Part shown: positions 11,515-24,840 of the stretch, one piece after another
Layout: every line of letters starts with the position of its first letter
Numbering within the stretch: the first letter of the stretch is position 1
Origin: Vitrella brassicaformis CCMP3155
Taxonomy: Eukaryota; Protista; Chromerida
Direction: 5' to 3'
Assembly: GCA_001179505.1 (NCBI GenBank)
Contig: CDMY01000336.1
Location: 417,636 to 481,635, forward strand
Length of the DNA: 64,000 bases
The notes under the pieces: model-generated
What the model saw: the letters and a program-made list of their open reading frames with translations, nothing else
What the model was told of the DNA's origin: nothing
Databases searched by the model: none
Translations under genes and position numbers: made by a program

Positions 11515-14500
11515 ATGCGGCGCGTTCACACAGCCACCCACACTCTTTGTGGAGCTTTGCTGCACTCTGCCCCTGCACCATCTCGCTCCCAATTCATTCG
11601 ATCTTCCCATCGGTGCTCATCTGCCCAGCATCGCAGGGCAGCAGCAGCAGCACTGCAGCCACGAAGGCACCTGTCCACGGCCAGCAGCCCAGCACCCAAC
11701 GCTCCAACACAGGAGGCTGCCATCTCCACACAAGCACAAGCAGATGAGGTCGAGGCGGACGCGCCAAAGCGACGAGATGAAGATGTGCAAGATGAGGACG
11801 ATGCGGCCGCTGCAGAGGTGCTGGGCGACGCTCAAGGGGGCGAGGAGGAGGGCATTCATTCTGCCGGGTGGGGTGGGAGGCAAACGTTTGAGAACAACGA
11901 AATGCTGGCTCGGCTCACTCGGACGGTTGCTACAATGTGTGTATGCTCAGATTGCGCGTTGTTGTCGACTATCCGTTGGTCTTGCCGGACACGAGCCCTC
12001 TGGAGGGCCTTGACGACAAATGGCGGGACCAGCTGGCCTATGCGCCGCTGAAGGAGGCGCTGCGCATCGCGCTGCAGGTTGGTGTGTCGCCGGATGCTGA
12101 TGTGAGGGCTGAGTGGCACCTGTGTGGCGAGAGGCTCAAGGATGTGGCCCTTGACGAGACGGCGGCCTTCTTTGTGGCCTACCTCATGAGCTACATCGGA
12201 TACACTGACCCGCAGCTCTGCTTTCAGGTAGCCAAGAGTGAGTCCACAGGATGGCACCACACCACAGCCACCAAGGAGGGAAGGCAGCATCAGCATCTGG
12301 TGGTGGGCGGGTCATCTGGCTTGATTGTCTCGTGTGCCGGCTGCGTGTGTACAGGTGGTTGAGCGGCTGGAGGCCCGCTACAATTCGACATCCCTCGACC
12401 CAATACCGCACCCTGTAGACCAGACGCACTCGCAAAACACAAAACATACACACACAGACGCAGAGCTGGCGGAAAGGTCTCTCTCTGGTGTGGTGCCCTG
12501 TCTGTGTGTCAGCTGGCGGGACAGTTTGGCGCCAACGGTTCGTTCCGCAGTCTGGTGGACACCATGCCGATAGCCATCAAAACCAAACTGCTGCTGGTAC
12601 GGTACCTAGAAGTGACTGATTGACTGATACAAAGTGGTCTGCCTGCCGTCTTCGTGTGTTGTGTGTGCAGTGTGACGTGTTTCCCCGGGAGACCGGCCTG
12701 CAGGAAATCAAAACGGTGCGCACCTGGCCTGTCTGTCTTATCGTAAATGGAGAGGTGCGTGTACGCTCCTCCTCCTTCTGTCTGTCTGTCTGTCTGTCTG
12801 TCAGGCTCCCCCCGTGAAGCTTCCAACGTGGCAAACAATGGACCTCGTCGAGTGGGCAACGCACTCACATGCATTGCAACCAACATACATACATACACGT
12901 GAGCGTGTGTGTTGGTTGCGCCCGGCGCTTGCCTGCCTGCAGGATGGAGGATTGGGAGGCGAAGCAGCCCCGTGTGCGACGAATGCGGCACGTGCAGGTC
13001 ACATCCACACCCACGGCCGCCACCAGGCGCCTCAAGAGCATGCTCGCACTGCAACTCAGGGAGGTGAGCTCGGCGACACGGCGGGTCCACACTACACTCA
13101 CTCACTCACTGACTCACTCACTCACAAGCAGGGAGGGAGAGAAGTGCGCATTTGTGTGTGTGCTGTGCTGTGCTGTGCTGTGCAGGCCATCCCAGGTGCA
13201 TCCATTGAGAAAATCGCACAGATCGCAACGATTTTCTGGTTGGTAGCACACACAAAGAATCAACAATATATACGGTGGCATGGCATTGACCGACCATTGC
13301 TTGCTTAATGCGCTTCATTCTTCAGGAACAGCGACCGGCACTACACGGGCAGCTTGCAGGAAGACACACTCGAGCTGCTCTCAAAGAGGTCAGGGCAGAT
13401 ACATAGATAGATAGAAAGAAAGACAGAGAGAGAGAGACGTGTTCCCCCTTCTGTTGCCAATTGTGTGTTGTTTCTTCCAGGTTGTTGAGCATCCCGTGTG
13501 ACCTCATCTCGCCCTACGTGCTGACCCTCACATCATCACTAAGACACGCCTCATGCCCCTCCGCCGCACCACTGTGGCGCCACCTGGCCGACGCCACTCT
13601 CCACCCACAGTCATTCGACGTCCACGACCAGGTGCTGCCCTTTGGCTTTCCCATCTGGCCCGGCATGTCGGCCGTCCCCATGATGGCTGTCGACCAGTTC
13701 GGGGCGCTCAAGGCCGCCAGTGCCATGAAGACTGCGGCTGCCTCCAGGGGCATGGGTCGGCGGGGTGAGTGGGACGAGGCCACACTCCCATCGCCATTCT
13801 CGGACCAGGAGTGGAAGCTGCACGTCTACACCAAGTAAGTACAAACAAACATAGATAAACAGAGACCGGAGCAAAAACAGAGACCGTAGTGTATCATGGT
13901 AGCTGCTCTGCACGAGTATCTGGGATTCGTTCAGGCTCTTGACAAACTTCTGCACGGCGGCCCACATGCCAAGTGAGATACATACAGGTCACGAGGCGCA
14001 CACCTGACAGACGGACCCTTACATGCGCATTGCTGTGCGGTCTTCTTCTGCAGGGAGTCCCGATGTGTTCAACGTTCTCAGCGACCACCTGTCAACGGCC
14101 CTCAACGAGACGCTGCATGAGCTGCCGCACGACCGTATCGACCCGGCCACCCTCCCCATTGGCCTGGGCGAGATGGCCGACATGGCCGACGGCGTTGTTC
14201 AGTCGGGGTGGTACCACCCCAACATACTCAGGGGAGTGGAGGCCATCACCATGAGGACACTGTCCAAAGAGGCCGACTTCGAGGACCTAGAGTCTGCGGA
14301 TGCGACACTCGCCTCATTACGCGGCAGTCCCGCCGACTTGTGTCGACTCTTCAACGCATTCGCTGTCTATCGATACAACCAGGTACGGTACGGTACGGTA
14401 CGCAACTAAAGGAGAGCAAAGCACCGTTGCCCAGGTAGATCCATCTGTGTGTGTTTGTCTGTGTCTGTGTGTGTGTGGACCCGCACCCTCAGGAGGTGGA

Positions 14501-14669
14501 AGTGATGGGTGTGTTGCGGCGTGCGATTGATCCATACGTGTCGTCTCTGAAGGAGCACTATCGGCTGATGGTTGGCTGCCATGACAGGCCCACCCCTACG
14601 AGTGGTGTTGCTGTGCATGTCGTGAGGGAGGAGGCTCCTGATGGGGGCGCGACGGCAGCTAAGCTATGA
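11515..14669 (+). CDS. Hypothetical multi-exon protein with a mitochondrial presequence-like N-terminus
   Basis: R/S/A-rich, acid-free start MRRVHTATHTLCGALLHS..RRHLSTASS. About 13 exons bounded by GT/GC-AG (e.g. LRVVVDYPLVLPDT, MEDWEAKQPRVRRMRH, ESPDVFNVLSDHLST), ending GGATAAKL*. No domain recognised; an alternative ATG lies at 11482. Confidence 0.65.
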
Positions 14670-15142
14670 CCATGCATGGGATGGGATGACTCGTATGCAT
14701 ACGGACGCTGTCTGTCTGATCATGGCCGTTGACGGGTCGCATTTCTCCGACACAGTACGTGACTGAGACCCTTGGCGCTTCGATTCGTGCATGATGTCAC
14801 GGGAGGCCTCTTCCGCATGCCCACACGATGGATGTATCATTCATGTCACCACTCTGTCTTGTTTTCGCTCTGCCTTTTGACTTGCCGATGAATTAATTCA
14901 TCCCGGCGATGCTGCACATGTATTTGCGGTGTCCCTTGTCTTTGCATGCTGCTAGCGGCTTTAAAAAAAGGGCCCGAATCTGCGAGCTTGAAGCCATCAG
15001 CTTCAGTTTTTCGGGGCTTAACTTGTCAAGTCGGTTCGCAGTGGTCTTTCGCGCTGTGAGTTCGTTGAGCCAAGCGCACTGCAGTCACATCGGGGCGAAC
15101 CGAATCGGTGCACTGCGGGTGTATCACCCCCTTCTGAGCGGC

Positions 15143-17176
15143 ATGCCCATCAAGCTGTGTGCTGGGCTGCATGCCACCGACCTGAAGCTGCACTCATGCA
15201 CCGTCGAACACGCGGTAAGCAGAATGGAGGGCAGCCACATAGACAGACGGACGACAGACAGCAAAGAAGTCATCAAAAACGGCACGCTTACGCATTGAGT
15301 TCAGGCCGAGTACTTCACCGGGTACTTCAGGGAGGCCATGGGCGCGGGCAACCTGGGCATCCCCATATCCGCCGACCAAATCGCTCTTTATCGCTGCACT
15401 GAGGTGCACCCCAAGGCCCACGGGCAGGACCACACTGCCCCGTCGAGTGCATCCACTGACCGCATCGAGGAGGGGGAGGTCATCATGGCGACCCTTCCCA
15501 ACAATAGCGGTAAGCGCACCACGCAGGCAGCCCGACGAGAGAGAGAGGGAATGAGGGAATGAGTGAGTGCTCTGTCTGTATGCTATGCTTCCTTCGCTGG
15601 CTGTCTGGCTGCAGTGTTTGGTTCTCAGCATGCGGATGACATGTTGGCCAAGGCCCGGCACTACGAGCAGGAGGCCATCCGGCTGGAGGAGAAGCTGCAG
15701 GAAATGCAAGAACAAGTAAGCCATTCGTTTGTCTACCCACCCACCCACCAGACCACCGATTGATTATATTACCTACCGGGTCCCTGCGGACACACATCTA
15801 TCTATCTATGGGTCTGTCTGTCTGTCTGTCTGTCTGCGTACAGTACAAGTTGCTCGAGGAGAAGCTGTTGGAGGAGGGCAGTGCGCTCTACCAGGCCCAG
15901 CTCGACCGCGACGAGGCCACCACACGACTCAAGGAATACATGAGGCTGCACCCTGCTGGTCAGCGACGATAAACTACGGCTGGGAGAATAAGGGGGAGGG
16001 CGGCATCGCATCTGCGCTGCGCTCAGATCCCATCTATCTATCTATGTGTCTATCTCTTTGCGTGTGTCATATGACATGTCAGAGGAAAGGGAGCCAGTGA
16101 GTCCTTCTACAGCTGCGGACTCTCCTCTCCCGTCGGCCTCGCCATTCTCCCAGGAAGCGCCCTCAGACGGCAAGGCGCCCGGGGGTGGTGGTGGTGGTGG
16201 TGGTGGTGAGAAGGTGCCTGTCGCGGTAGCTACAGCGGCAGCAGTGCTGGACGAGGCTGGGGCAGGGCGGGCCGCGGCGGAATCGCCCGAGGAGGCGCAT
16301 ACCACCGAGACCACGGAGGGGACATCTGGTGCGGTGGAAGCACACAACACACACCCGAGTGACACCTGCCTGAGAAATCATTTCTGTCGTTCGTCTGCCT
16401 GCGTTTCCTTCCTTTTGTTTCATTCAGCCTCGGATGCCCACCACCCGAAGCCTCCGCCGGCAAAGGCCAAGCCTGCAGCCAAACAAAGCGCCAAGTCCAC
16501 GCCACCACAGCCCAAGACCAAGACGGCCAGCAAGACGGCCAGCGTGACGGCCGCCAAGCAGCCCCCAGGCACGGCCGGCAAGGCCAAGCCCGAAGGGAAT
16601 AAGGCGACGGCTGCCGGCAAGGCCAAGCCAAAAGGGAATAAGGCGACGGCTGCGTGCAAGAGGACTGGCGGGCCGCCGCATGTGACAGTGGCGCATGAGG
16701 GCGATAAGTGGCCAGGGGAGGGTGGGGCAGAGGGGCAGGGGAGCCGGCTGGTGCCCAAGGTCGTGCGTCAGGTGGTGTCGGGGGGAGCCGCTGTAGCCAA
16801 GGAGGTGCGCAAAGAGCAAGGCGACGCTGCGGCACCCTCTCAGGCTGGGGCCAAGGGGCGGCAGAAGTGGGTGCCGAAGGGGAGCTGTGCGGCGGCGAGT
16901 CCACCAGTCGGCAACCCAGGGGGCGGCGGTGCCAAGCCGGTGTACGGCGGGGTCACGATCCTCCAGAGAGACCCCAACGCGCCGCCCGCTCCCAACCGCA
17001 GGCTGACATGCCGAGACGCGCCTCCCCCTCCCCTCCTGTCCTATGAGGAGCGGCTGGAGGAGTACGAGATTGTCAAGGTATGGGAGCTAGGGATGGCCCC
17101 CAGTCCGACTCGGCCACCCACCACCGCCGAGGTGGCAAATCGGCTCATCAACCACCACCTCCAATACAGACCGTAA
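15143..17176 (+). CDS. Hypothetical protein: small N-terminal domain, coiled coil, K/A/P-rich disordered tail
   Basis: Exons MPIKLCAGLHATDLKLHSCTVEHA / EYFTGYFREAMGAGNLGIPISADQIALYRC / ARHYEQEAIRLEEKLQEMQEQ / YKLLEEKLLEEG / long last exons with a GKAKP(E/K)GNKATAA duplication, ending NHHLQYRP*. Confidence 0.6.
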
Positions 17177-17295
17177 GCAAGCCCACACACACACACACAC
17201 ACACACGCACATTGGGCTCTTCACACATCAGCCGATTGTTTGTCTGTCTGTCTGTTTGTCTATGTGTGTCACTCACTACTTACTTGTCCACAGAA

Positions 17296-19717
17296 ATGGC
17301 AACCGCAGACGCCAGTAACCGACAGCCTTCTCCTGCACCTCACACAAGACGCATCCATATGTGGTGGGAAGATAGCATACCCACCAACACGCACGAACAT
17401 ACAGACAGACAGACCCACATTGACTGCATTGCCCCTTTGCATTGATTGTGTCTGTCTGTCTGTCTATCTGTCTGGCAGACGAGCGCCCCAACATCTGGGG
17501 GCCTCCACTTCCCACCGACTCTCAACACCACCACCACCATCACTGTCCCAGGTACAAACCCGAGGTAGCACACAGCACAGGCAGCAGGGGCTTTTGGGAA
17601 GGAAGGAAGGACGGGCAGGCAGCAGCTGAGGCAGCCAGACGTAGCTAAGGGAGCAACATGAGAGGCGTGATGGAAGGGTTGTCTGTCGGACATGGCGGGC
17701 TGCCTGCATGCATCTTGCAAGTCAAGTCCCCTCTCTCCCTCCCTGTCTGGTCTGCTGCCTGCGTGTATCCATCTATCTATTAGGTTCTGACAAGCTGCTG
17801 GAGGGGTTAGGCGCTCACGAGCTGCACGCGTGCTTCATGCACGTGTCGGTCCAAGGCTGCCTGGCCCTGCGCACCTCGTGCCGTGAGCTCTACCGCATAT
17901 TGTCCAGCGACGCCTTGTTCTTCCGCCACCGAGTCAGCGCCCACCCTAAGCGGCGGTTCGCGCCGTTCGGGGCGTTTTCGCGGTCGCGTACGTGGGAGAG
18001 GGCGGCTTGGGTGCTCGAGCAGGAGTGGGACTGGTGCAGATGGGCGTTGTTCTTCCAATTCCTCAGGTAAGCGACGGACGCGATACATGGGCGGCAGAGC
18101 AAGAGGGGCGGGCAGCCACGAGTGTGTGTGTTGCATGGGATATACCAGGTTGTGGTACGACACGCGTGTGTCGATAAGTGACGATGACTTCGACATGGCT
18201 GGCCTGCAGTACAAGACACTGCTCACCCTGCCCGAGACCATAGCGCAATACAGATTCTTCGGTCGGTCATCCAACCTGACCTCACATACATGCACACACA
18301 CACACGAGTGAGCAACCGTTCGTTCCATTGTTCTTTGTCTGTCTCTGCCTGTGTGTGTGGTCGTGTCAGGTCACCAGGTGCAGACCCGGTCAAGCGTGCA
18401 GTCGATCGAGCCCCTCAAGGACGACAACGAGGGCGGGCGGCTCAAGTTCGTCTCGCCCGCTCTCCGCAAAGGCAACAACGCCGCCTGGGTGGAGGCCGCC
18501 GACATCGGCCAGCGGGACCCCGCTGTGCACATCTGCTCCACCGACCCGGAGAAGGTGACCGACCAACGACATATATAAGACACGCCCACTTTTGTGTACC
18601 GTTGCTGCTCTTGTGTCTGGCTGGGATGTGTATGCGTGTGTGTAGCAGGTGCGTTTGTTGGATCGTTTCAACCATTTCTCGACCTTTGTGCCGTGCCTCA
18701 TGCTGCAGGCTGCCGTTGCCGAGTGAGCCATCCAGGCAGCCGATACACCACACCAGATTCCTTCGTCAGTTTATTTGCCTCTCTCTCCCTCTCTCTGCGT
18801 GAGTTAATAGGATCAAGAACTATCAGGTGGCTGCATTCCTGACGACTGACCTGCCGCCGGTGCAGGACGTCCTGCAGAACAGAATGGGACTCGTGTTCGT
18901 CGGACGAGCCGTTGCACGACAGGTATGTATCCACCCACATCCATCCATCCATCCATCTATCTATCCATGGGTGTGTGCATCCTATCCCATGCATCCTCCA
19001 GGGTCACGTAGCATTGATGTGGTTGACGTCTCACGACAGCGAGCAGCTGGTGTGGGTCGGCAAGACCAACGAGGGCTCATTCGTGCGGCTATGTATGCGG
19101 GGCCAACGGCACCACGACGCCATTCGGGCGCTGCGCGACTTCGTCCGCCGACTCAAGAGCAGCCCACGCATCACTTTCAGCTTCACCAAGGCCATGGAAA
19201 TATTCGACCCCGCCGAAGGCACCAACAAACCACGGTCAGTCGGTCAGTCCTGCCATCAACCAACCACACAGACAGACGGATACAAACCCATCTCCCTCTC
19301 TCTGTGTGCAATGTCGTCAGTTTTGTGACAGCGGATGAGTTGCTGGAGGTTGGTCCTCGCGAGGAGAGTAAGCCCATCCCCATCCCACCATCACAGCCGC
19401 CAGCAGGGGTCATCGGGGCGGTTGGGGGCGGGGGCAACGACGAGGCAGACGATGACGACGGCCTGGATGTCCAAGACGACGACCAGCCCATGCCCCACCA
19501 GGGCGGCGGTGGGGCCGCGTCGACGTTCGACGCCGTGTCACAGCCACAGTCACAAGCCGCTGGTCTGGCTGCTGTTGCTGGTGCTGCTGCATCGCCCCCT
19601 GCGGCCTCTGGTGCGTCTCGTGCGTCTGCTGCGTCGGCATCGATGGACGTGGATGAGGACGGCGACGCGATAATGGCGCTGACGGATGTCCAGGCCAACA
19701 ATGGCAGCAAGCAGTGA
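17296..19717 (+). CDS. Vitrella-type hypothetical family protein with F-box-like N-terminal segment
   Basis: Exon 17783-18067 gives LHACFMHVSVQGCLALRTSCRELYRIL..WERAAWVLEQEWDWCRW, then ISDDDFDMAGLQYKTLLTLPETIAQYRFF. The motif order matches the gene at 35.8-37.2 kb. Acidic low-complexity last exon. Start codon uncertain. Confidence 0.6.
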
Positions 19718-20562
19718 CATAGATAAACCACATGAGCGAGGGGCTCCCTTTGAGGTGAGGCGGGCGGGGTCAGCCGGGAGAGATCGATGACGACAGTCCG
19801 AACGAGGGAGGCGTTTTGGCTTCTTGTGTGTCATTGCGATAGATGTTCTCAGATATGGTTGGTTAACCGCTGCCGCCCGCAGAGACAGACAGACAGACAG
19901 CCCCTTTCAGCGGCCAGTCTTGTCTCGTGTACACATAGCGTATCTCCCTCCCTGGCTGCCTCGTGTGACATGACAACAGAAGGACAGTCTATTGTGAATG
20001 GCTTGCCGGCCCTCCCTGTCATCAATGTGTGTGATGCCTTTCTTCGTGCCTGTGGTCGTCTACTGCATGGCTGGCTGGCTGGCTGTCGTGTGTGTCTTGA
20101 GGGGCTCAGGGCCGATCGACACGAGAAAGACAGACAGCGACAGAGGGGGTGAGGCAGCACAGAAAACGATTCCACTGGGGCTGGCTGGCACCAGGAATGA
20201 TAGAGATGGCTAGTTGCGCCGGCCGGAGGGGGGTGTGTGTGTGTGCGTGCGGACAGACGATGCAATGACTCCCTGCAGGGCCCAGCTTTAAACCTGTCAG
20301 TGCACGCGCCCGCCGACCATGTCAACTCCAATCACTGATTGACAAGATCACACGCTCACACAGGCAGGCACAGCGATGGATGCCCGTCTCATATCCATCC
20401 ATCCATCCATTCATCCCACTCACAAAACTCCACGTGCATTCGGAGTCCCTTGTGCTTGTGAATGTATGGATGACATCTGCCTATCAACGACGTACGACAA
20501 AACCAATCGATGCATCACTCAGCCACTCACGACAAGCGAGTGGCATTGCCACACACAGCTCG

Positions 20563-22501
20563 TCACCAGAACTCATAGCCACCCTGCCTTGACCCATCGT
20601 CCACTGACGGCCCCTCAGCCACCAACCCCGCGCCCCAAGACCCCTCATCCACCTCGCCACCATCAGCCTCGTCAACAGGCCGTCTCTTCCTCCCACCCTG
20701 CCTGAATCGCATATCCCTCGCCCGTCGCTTCTTACGCTCCAGCCGCTGCAGCAGCTTCTCGTCGTCAGTCAGCTGCCGGGGCTGCTGGTCGGACTGGTCG
20801 TCATCGCCCTCAGTGCCCATGAGTACCTTGCCGATGCGCTGCTGCACCTCTTGCAGGAACTCCCTCTCCTGTTCAAGGAGGAACTCGAAGCCCTGGGTGG
20901 CGTCAGAGGGGTCCAGGTCGGTCAGCACACCGGCGATCTGCATCGAGGGGGTCTCCTCTTTCAGACGACTGAACGAACAAAGGAAAGGCACTCATAGAGA
21001 GGGAGAGAGCTGTGTGCATGTGTCTGCGTGGGGGATGATAGGGGCTTACAGCCGCATAAGGAAGAGGTGGGTGGTCCAGGTGTTGGATTCCCCGCGTGTG
21101 AGGCCGTAGCCGTCGCAGAACTCGTTGTAGGGGTCCGACAGCACCGGGAAGGAGCACACCTCCTCCATCTCCTCGTTCGCACTCGCACTGTCCACTGTCA
21201 CAGCGGCAAAGGCAACCTAAACACACACACAGACACACACACAGTGAATGGGACGTGGTTGCCGATGCCGTCCTTGTGTGTGTGTGGCTGCCCACTGGGA
21301 AGTGTCTGGGTATGTCGAGCCATGGCTGCCTGTCCCCCAGCTTCTTGAGAGAGGCCTTGAGCTGCTCGCTGTTCGGCCTCGCGTCAGCCAGCAACGTCAA
21401 GTAGCGAAACGGCCTGACCCATACACATCAACATGCGACAATGCCTCTAACGAGTCTGGGCTTGTGGGCATGGCTGACCTACCTCAGTTGAGCAACAAAG
21501 TCGCCTCTCTTGCCGTTCGACGCCACCAGCTGCCTCCAAGGACCGAGAGGCGCCTTGTCGCCCTTCTTGGGGTCGGACAGGAAGGCCTGGTCGGCCTTGA
21601 GCTCCGCCAGCCGCCTCTCGACGTCAAACATGACGGGGTCGACGGCGCTCTCGTCGGTCTTGGCCGAGGAGGTGGTCGAGTTGGGCGCCCTGTCGCCCCC
21701 CTCTTCTGACTCGGTCTGCTGGTCGAGCATCTCCACCATCAGCTTGTCGTACTTGTGACGCAGCTCCTCCTCATCTGATGGGACCAACCATCGCAGAGAA
21801 GCTCTCGCGTGTGCATGTGTATGGGTGGGTGGGTGGACGCCCTGCCTGCCTGCCCGCCTGCCTACCGTTCATGAGGCTGCCTTCCATCCTTTGGTTGAAC
21901 TCCCGCGCCTTGTTGAGCAGCCGCCTCTCAGACGCAGTCCACGCAAACACGGGCGCGGTCGGCACTGTCACGTTAGTAGAGGCCAGGGATTGCACCTTCT
22001 CCAGGTCCGCCCGGCTGTCCTGCGGGCTGGGCCCCGTCAACAGCACCTGCGCCCCAGCGTGTGAGCTGAGCCGATCATGCAGCAGCCGCAGGCGGATCTC
22101 CATGTCACTGCAGAGCAAGCCAAAGAACACAGGACAGGCACAGCTGCTGGATCTGGCGGCGATCGGTTAGGTTAGATGGTTTGGTTGCGTACACACCGAT
22201 GGAGGATCCGCGCCTGCACGAAGTTGTTTTGCCGTTCTGCTTCGTATTTTCTCCTCTGCAGGTGGTCGACCTCCCTGAGCGCCTCCAGACACCCCCTGAA
22301 GTATGCCTCGTGGGCCGCAAGCCGCCGCCTGGCGCTGTAGAGCTCCTTCTGGATCTGCTCTGTGGACGCCTCGTCACCTGAGCAGTGGTGGCAGGCAGGC
22401 AGACAACAAACAAGCGGTGGCTGGTTCTGCCTGCCGTCGATGTGCTGTGGGGCGCTGACTGACCCCATTCCATCGCAGCTCTGAAGGACTCCTCAAGTTT
22501 G
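20563..22501 (-). CDS. Copy A (3' part) of a coiled-coil protein with a degenerate AhpC/TSA (thioredoxin-fold)-like C-terminal domain; 5' end lost in gap
   Basis: Exons EQIQKELYSARRRL.. / DMEIRLRLLHDRL.. / DEEELRHKYDKLM.. / VAFAAVTVDSASANEEMEEVCSFPVLSDPYNEFCDGYGL / SLKEETPSMQIAG..GGYEFW*. Confidence 0.6.
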
Positions 22502-22801
22502 NNNNNNNNNNNNNNNNNNNNNNNNNNNNNNNNNNNNNNNNNNNNNNNNNNNNNNNNNNNNNNNNNNNNNNNNNNNNNNNNNNNNNNNNNNNNNNNNNNN
22601 NNNNNNNNNNNNNNNNNNNNNNNNNNNNNNNNNNNNNNNNNNNNNNNNNNNNNNNNNNNNNNNNNNNNNNNNNNNNNNNNNNNNNNNNNNNNNNNNNNNN
22701 NNNNNNNNNNNNNNNNNNNNNNNNNNNNNNNNNNNNNNNNNNNNNNNNNNNNNNNNNNNNNNNNNNNNNNNNNNNNNNNNNNNNNNNNNNNNNNNNNNNN
22801 N

Positions 22802-24603
22802 CTCTGTCTCCCAGGTTCTTGAGAGTGGCCTTTAGCTGCTCGCTGTTCGGCCTCGCGTCAGCCAGCAACGCCAAGTAGCGAAACGGCCTGACCCATACAC
22901 ATGAACATGCGACAATGCCTCTAACGAGTGTGGGCTTGTGGGCATGGCTGACCTCAGTTGGGCAACAAAGTCGCCCCTCTTGCCGTTCGACGCCACGAGC
23001 TGCCTCCAAGGACCGAGAGGCGCCTTGTCGCCCTTCTTGGGGTCGGACAGGAAGGACTGGTCGGCCTTGAGCTCCGCCAGCCGCCTCTCGACGTCAAACA
23101 TGACGGGGTTGACGGCGCTCTCGTCGGTCTTGGCCGAGGAGGTGGTTGAGTCGGGTGCCCTGTCGCCCCCCTCTGCTGACTCGGTCTGCTGGTCGAGCAT
23201 CTCCACCATCAGCTTGTCGTACTTGTGACGCAGCTCCTCCTCATCTGATGGGACCAACCATCCATCGCAGAAAAGCTCTCGTGTGTGGCTGGTGGAGGAA
23301 TGGGTGGGTGGGCAGGCAATGCCTGCCTGCCGGCCTACCGTTCATAAGGCTGCCTTCCATCCTTTGGTTGAACTCCCGCGCCTTGTTGAGCAGCCGCCTC
23401 TCAGACGCAGTCCACGCAAACACGGGCGCGGTCGGCACTGTGACGTTAGTAGAGGCCAGGGATTGCACCTTCTCCAGGTCCGCCCGGCTGTCCTGCGGGC
23501 TGGGCCCCGTCAACAGCACCTGCGCCCCAGCGTGTGAGCTGAGCCGATCATGCAGCAGCCGCAGGCGGATCTCCATGTCACTGCAGTAGCAAGCCAAAGG
23601 ACACAGGACAGGCACAGCTGCTGGATCTGGCGGCGATCGGTTAGGTTAGATCGTTTGGTTGCGTACACACCGATGGAGGATCCGCGCCTGCACGAAGTTG
23701 TTTTGCCGTTCTGCTTCGTATTTTCTCCTCTGCAGGTGGTCGACCTCCCTGAGCGCCTCCAGACACCCCCTGAAGTATGCCTCGTGGGCCGCAAGCCGCC
23801 GCCTGGCGCTGTAGAGCTCCTTCTGGATCTGCTCTGTGGACGCCTCGTCACCTGAGCAGTGGTGGCAGGCAGGCAGACAACAAACAAGCGGTGGCTGGTT
23901 CTGCCTGCCGTCGATGTGCTGTGGGGCGCTGACTGACCCCATTCCATCGCAGCTCTGAAGGACTCCTCAAGTTTGGTGACTTGTCTGTGGTAGTGGGTGC
24001 CCTGCAGCTGGGCAAGGGCGGCGCGGAGGATGGAGCTGCGCTTCGCCTCCTGCACACGTGATCCATCCATCCATCCATCAGACCCGCTGACTGCCACCTC
24101 CCACCCTTCTCACCATGAGTATCTCCTGCATAACGATGAGCTTGTAGTAGCCTGCACACCACACGCGTACAAACAAACGCTCACATGGGTGATCCGATCA
24201 CATCCACTCACGAATCTATGCCTCCCTGCCTGCCAAGCGTTGCATTTGAACAGACCTTGAGGGAGTCCGCACTCTCCAGCGCCCTCTGTGCAATGGCAAT
24301 CCACAGCTCAAGAGTCGTGTTCTTGGTGGCCACGGCGCTCTCACACAGCCGCCGCAGGTCGCTGCTCTTCATGGTCTTGATGTGGTCCAGCTCAGGATAC
24401 CGCATCAGCTTCTGACCGCCGCCTATGTCGATCTCCAAGTCGGGAGAGGGAGAGGCCTTGATGGGCATCGCATCAGGGAAGGCGGCAGGGGAGTGAGTGT
24501 CCACCGCAGCAGTGCTGAAGGAGCGAACTGCCTGGCGGAGGCTGATCTTCCATCTTCGTGAGGCTGCGCTGCTGCAGATGCGTAATGCCATCACTGGATC
24601 CAT
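22802..24603 (-). CDS. Copy B of the same gene, preceded by an unrelated first exon with a mitochondrial presequence; 3' end lost in gap; possibly chimeric or pseudogenic
   Basis: 22802-24150 duplicates copy A/C exons. Exon 24603-24256 gives MDPVMALRICSSAASRRWKISLRQAVRSFSTAAV..SSDLRRLCESAV..LWIAIAQRALESADSLK. Its canonical donor is phase 0, but the next exon (GYYKLIVMQEILM) needs phase 1. Confidence 0.45.
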
Positions 24604-24840
24604 GTGGTTTCTAGGGATAAAAAAAAGGAGGGACCGAATCTGTGCGAGATCAGCTTCAGTTTTGCTTGCGCTTAAGTTGTTAAGTTGGTTCAGCCATCAG
24701 CTTCAGGGGCGCTTCACTTTTCAGTTGGTTTGCAGTGGTTGTTTCACATCGCTGTGAGTTCGTTGAGCCAAGCGCACTGCACGCACATCGGGGCGAACCG
24801 AATCGGTGCACTGCGGGTGTATCACCCCGTTGTGAGCGGC

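Noticed and set aside
15143-15510. Ubiquitin-like fold at the N-terminus of the 15.1-kb gene
   Set aside because: Only a vague pattern (..IALYRC..IEEGEVIMATL); not enough to call without a profile search.
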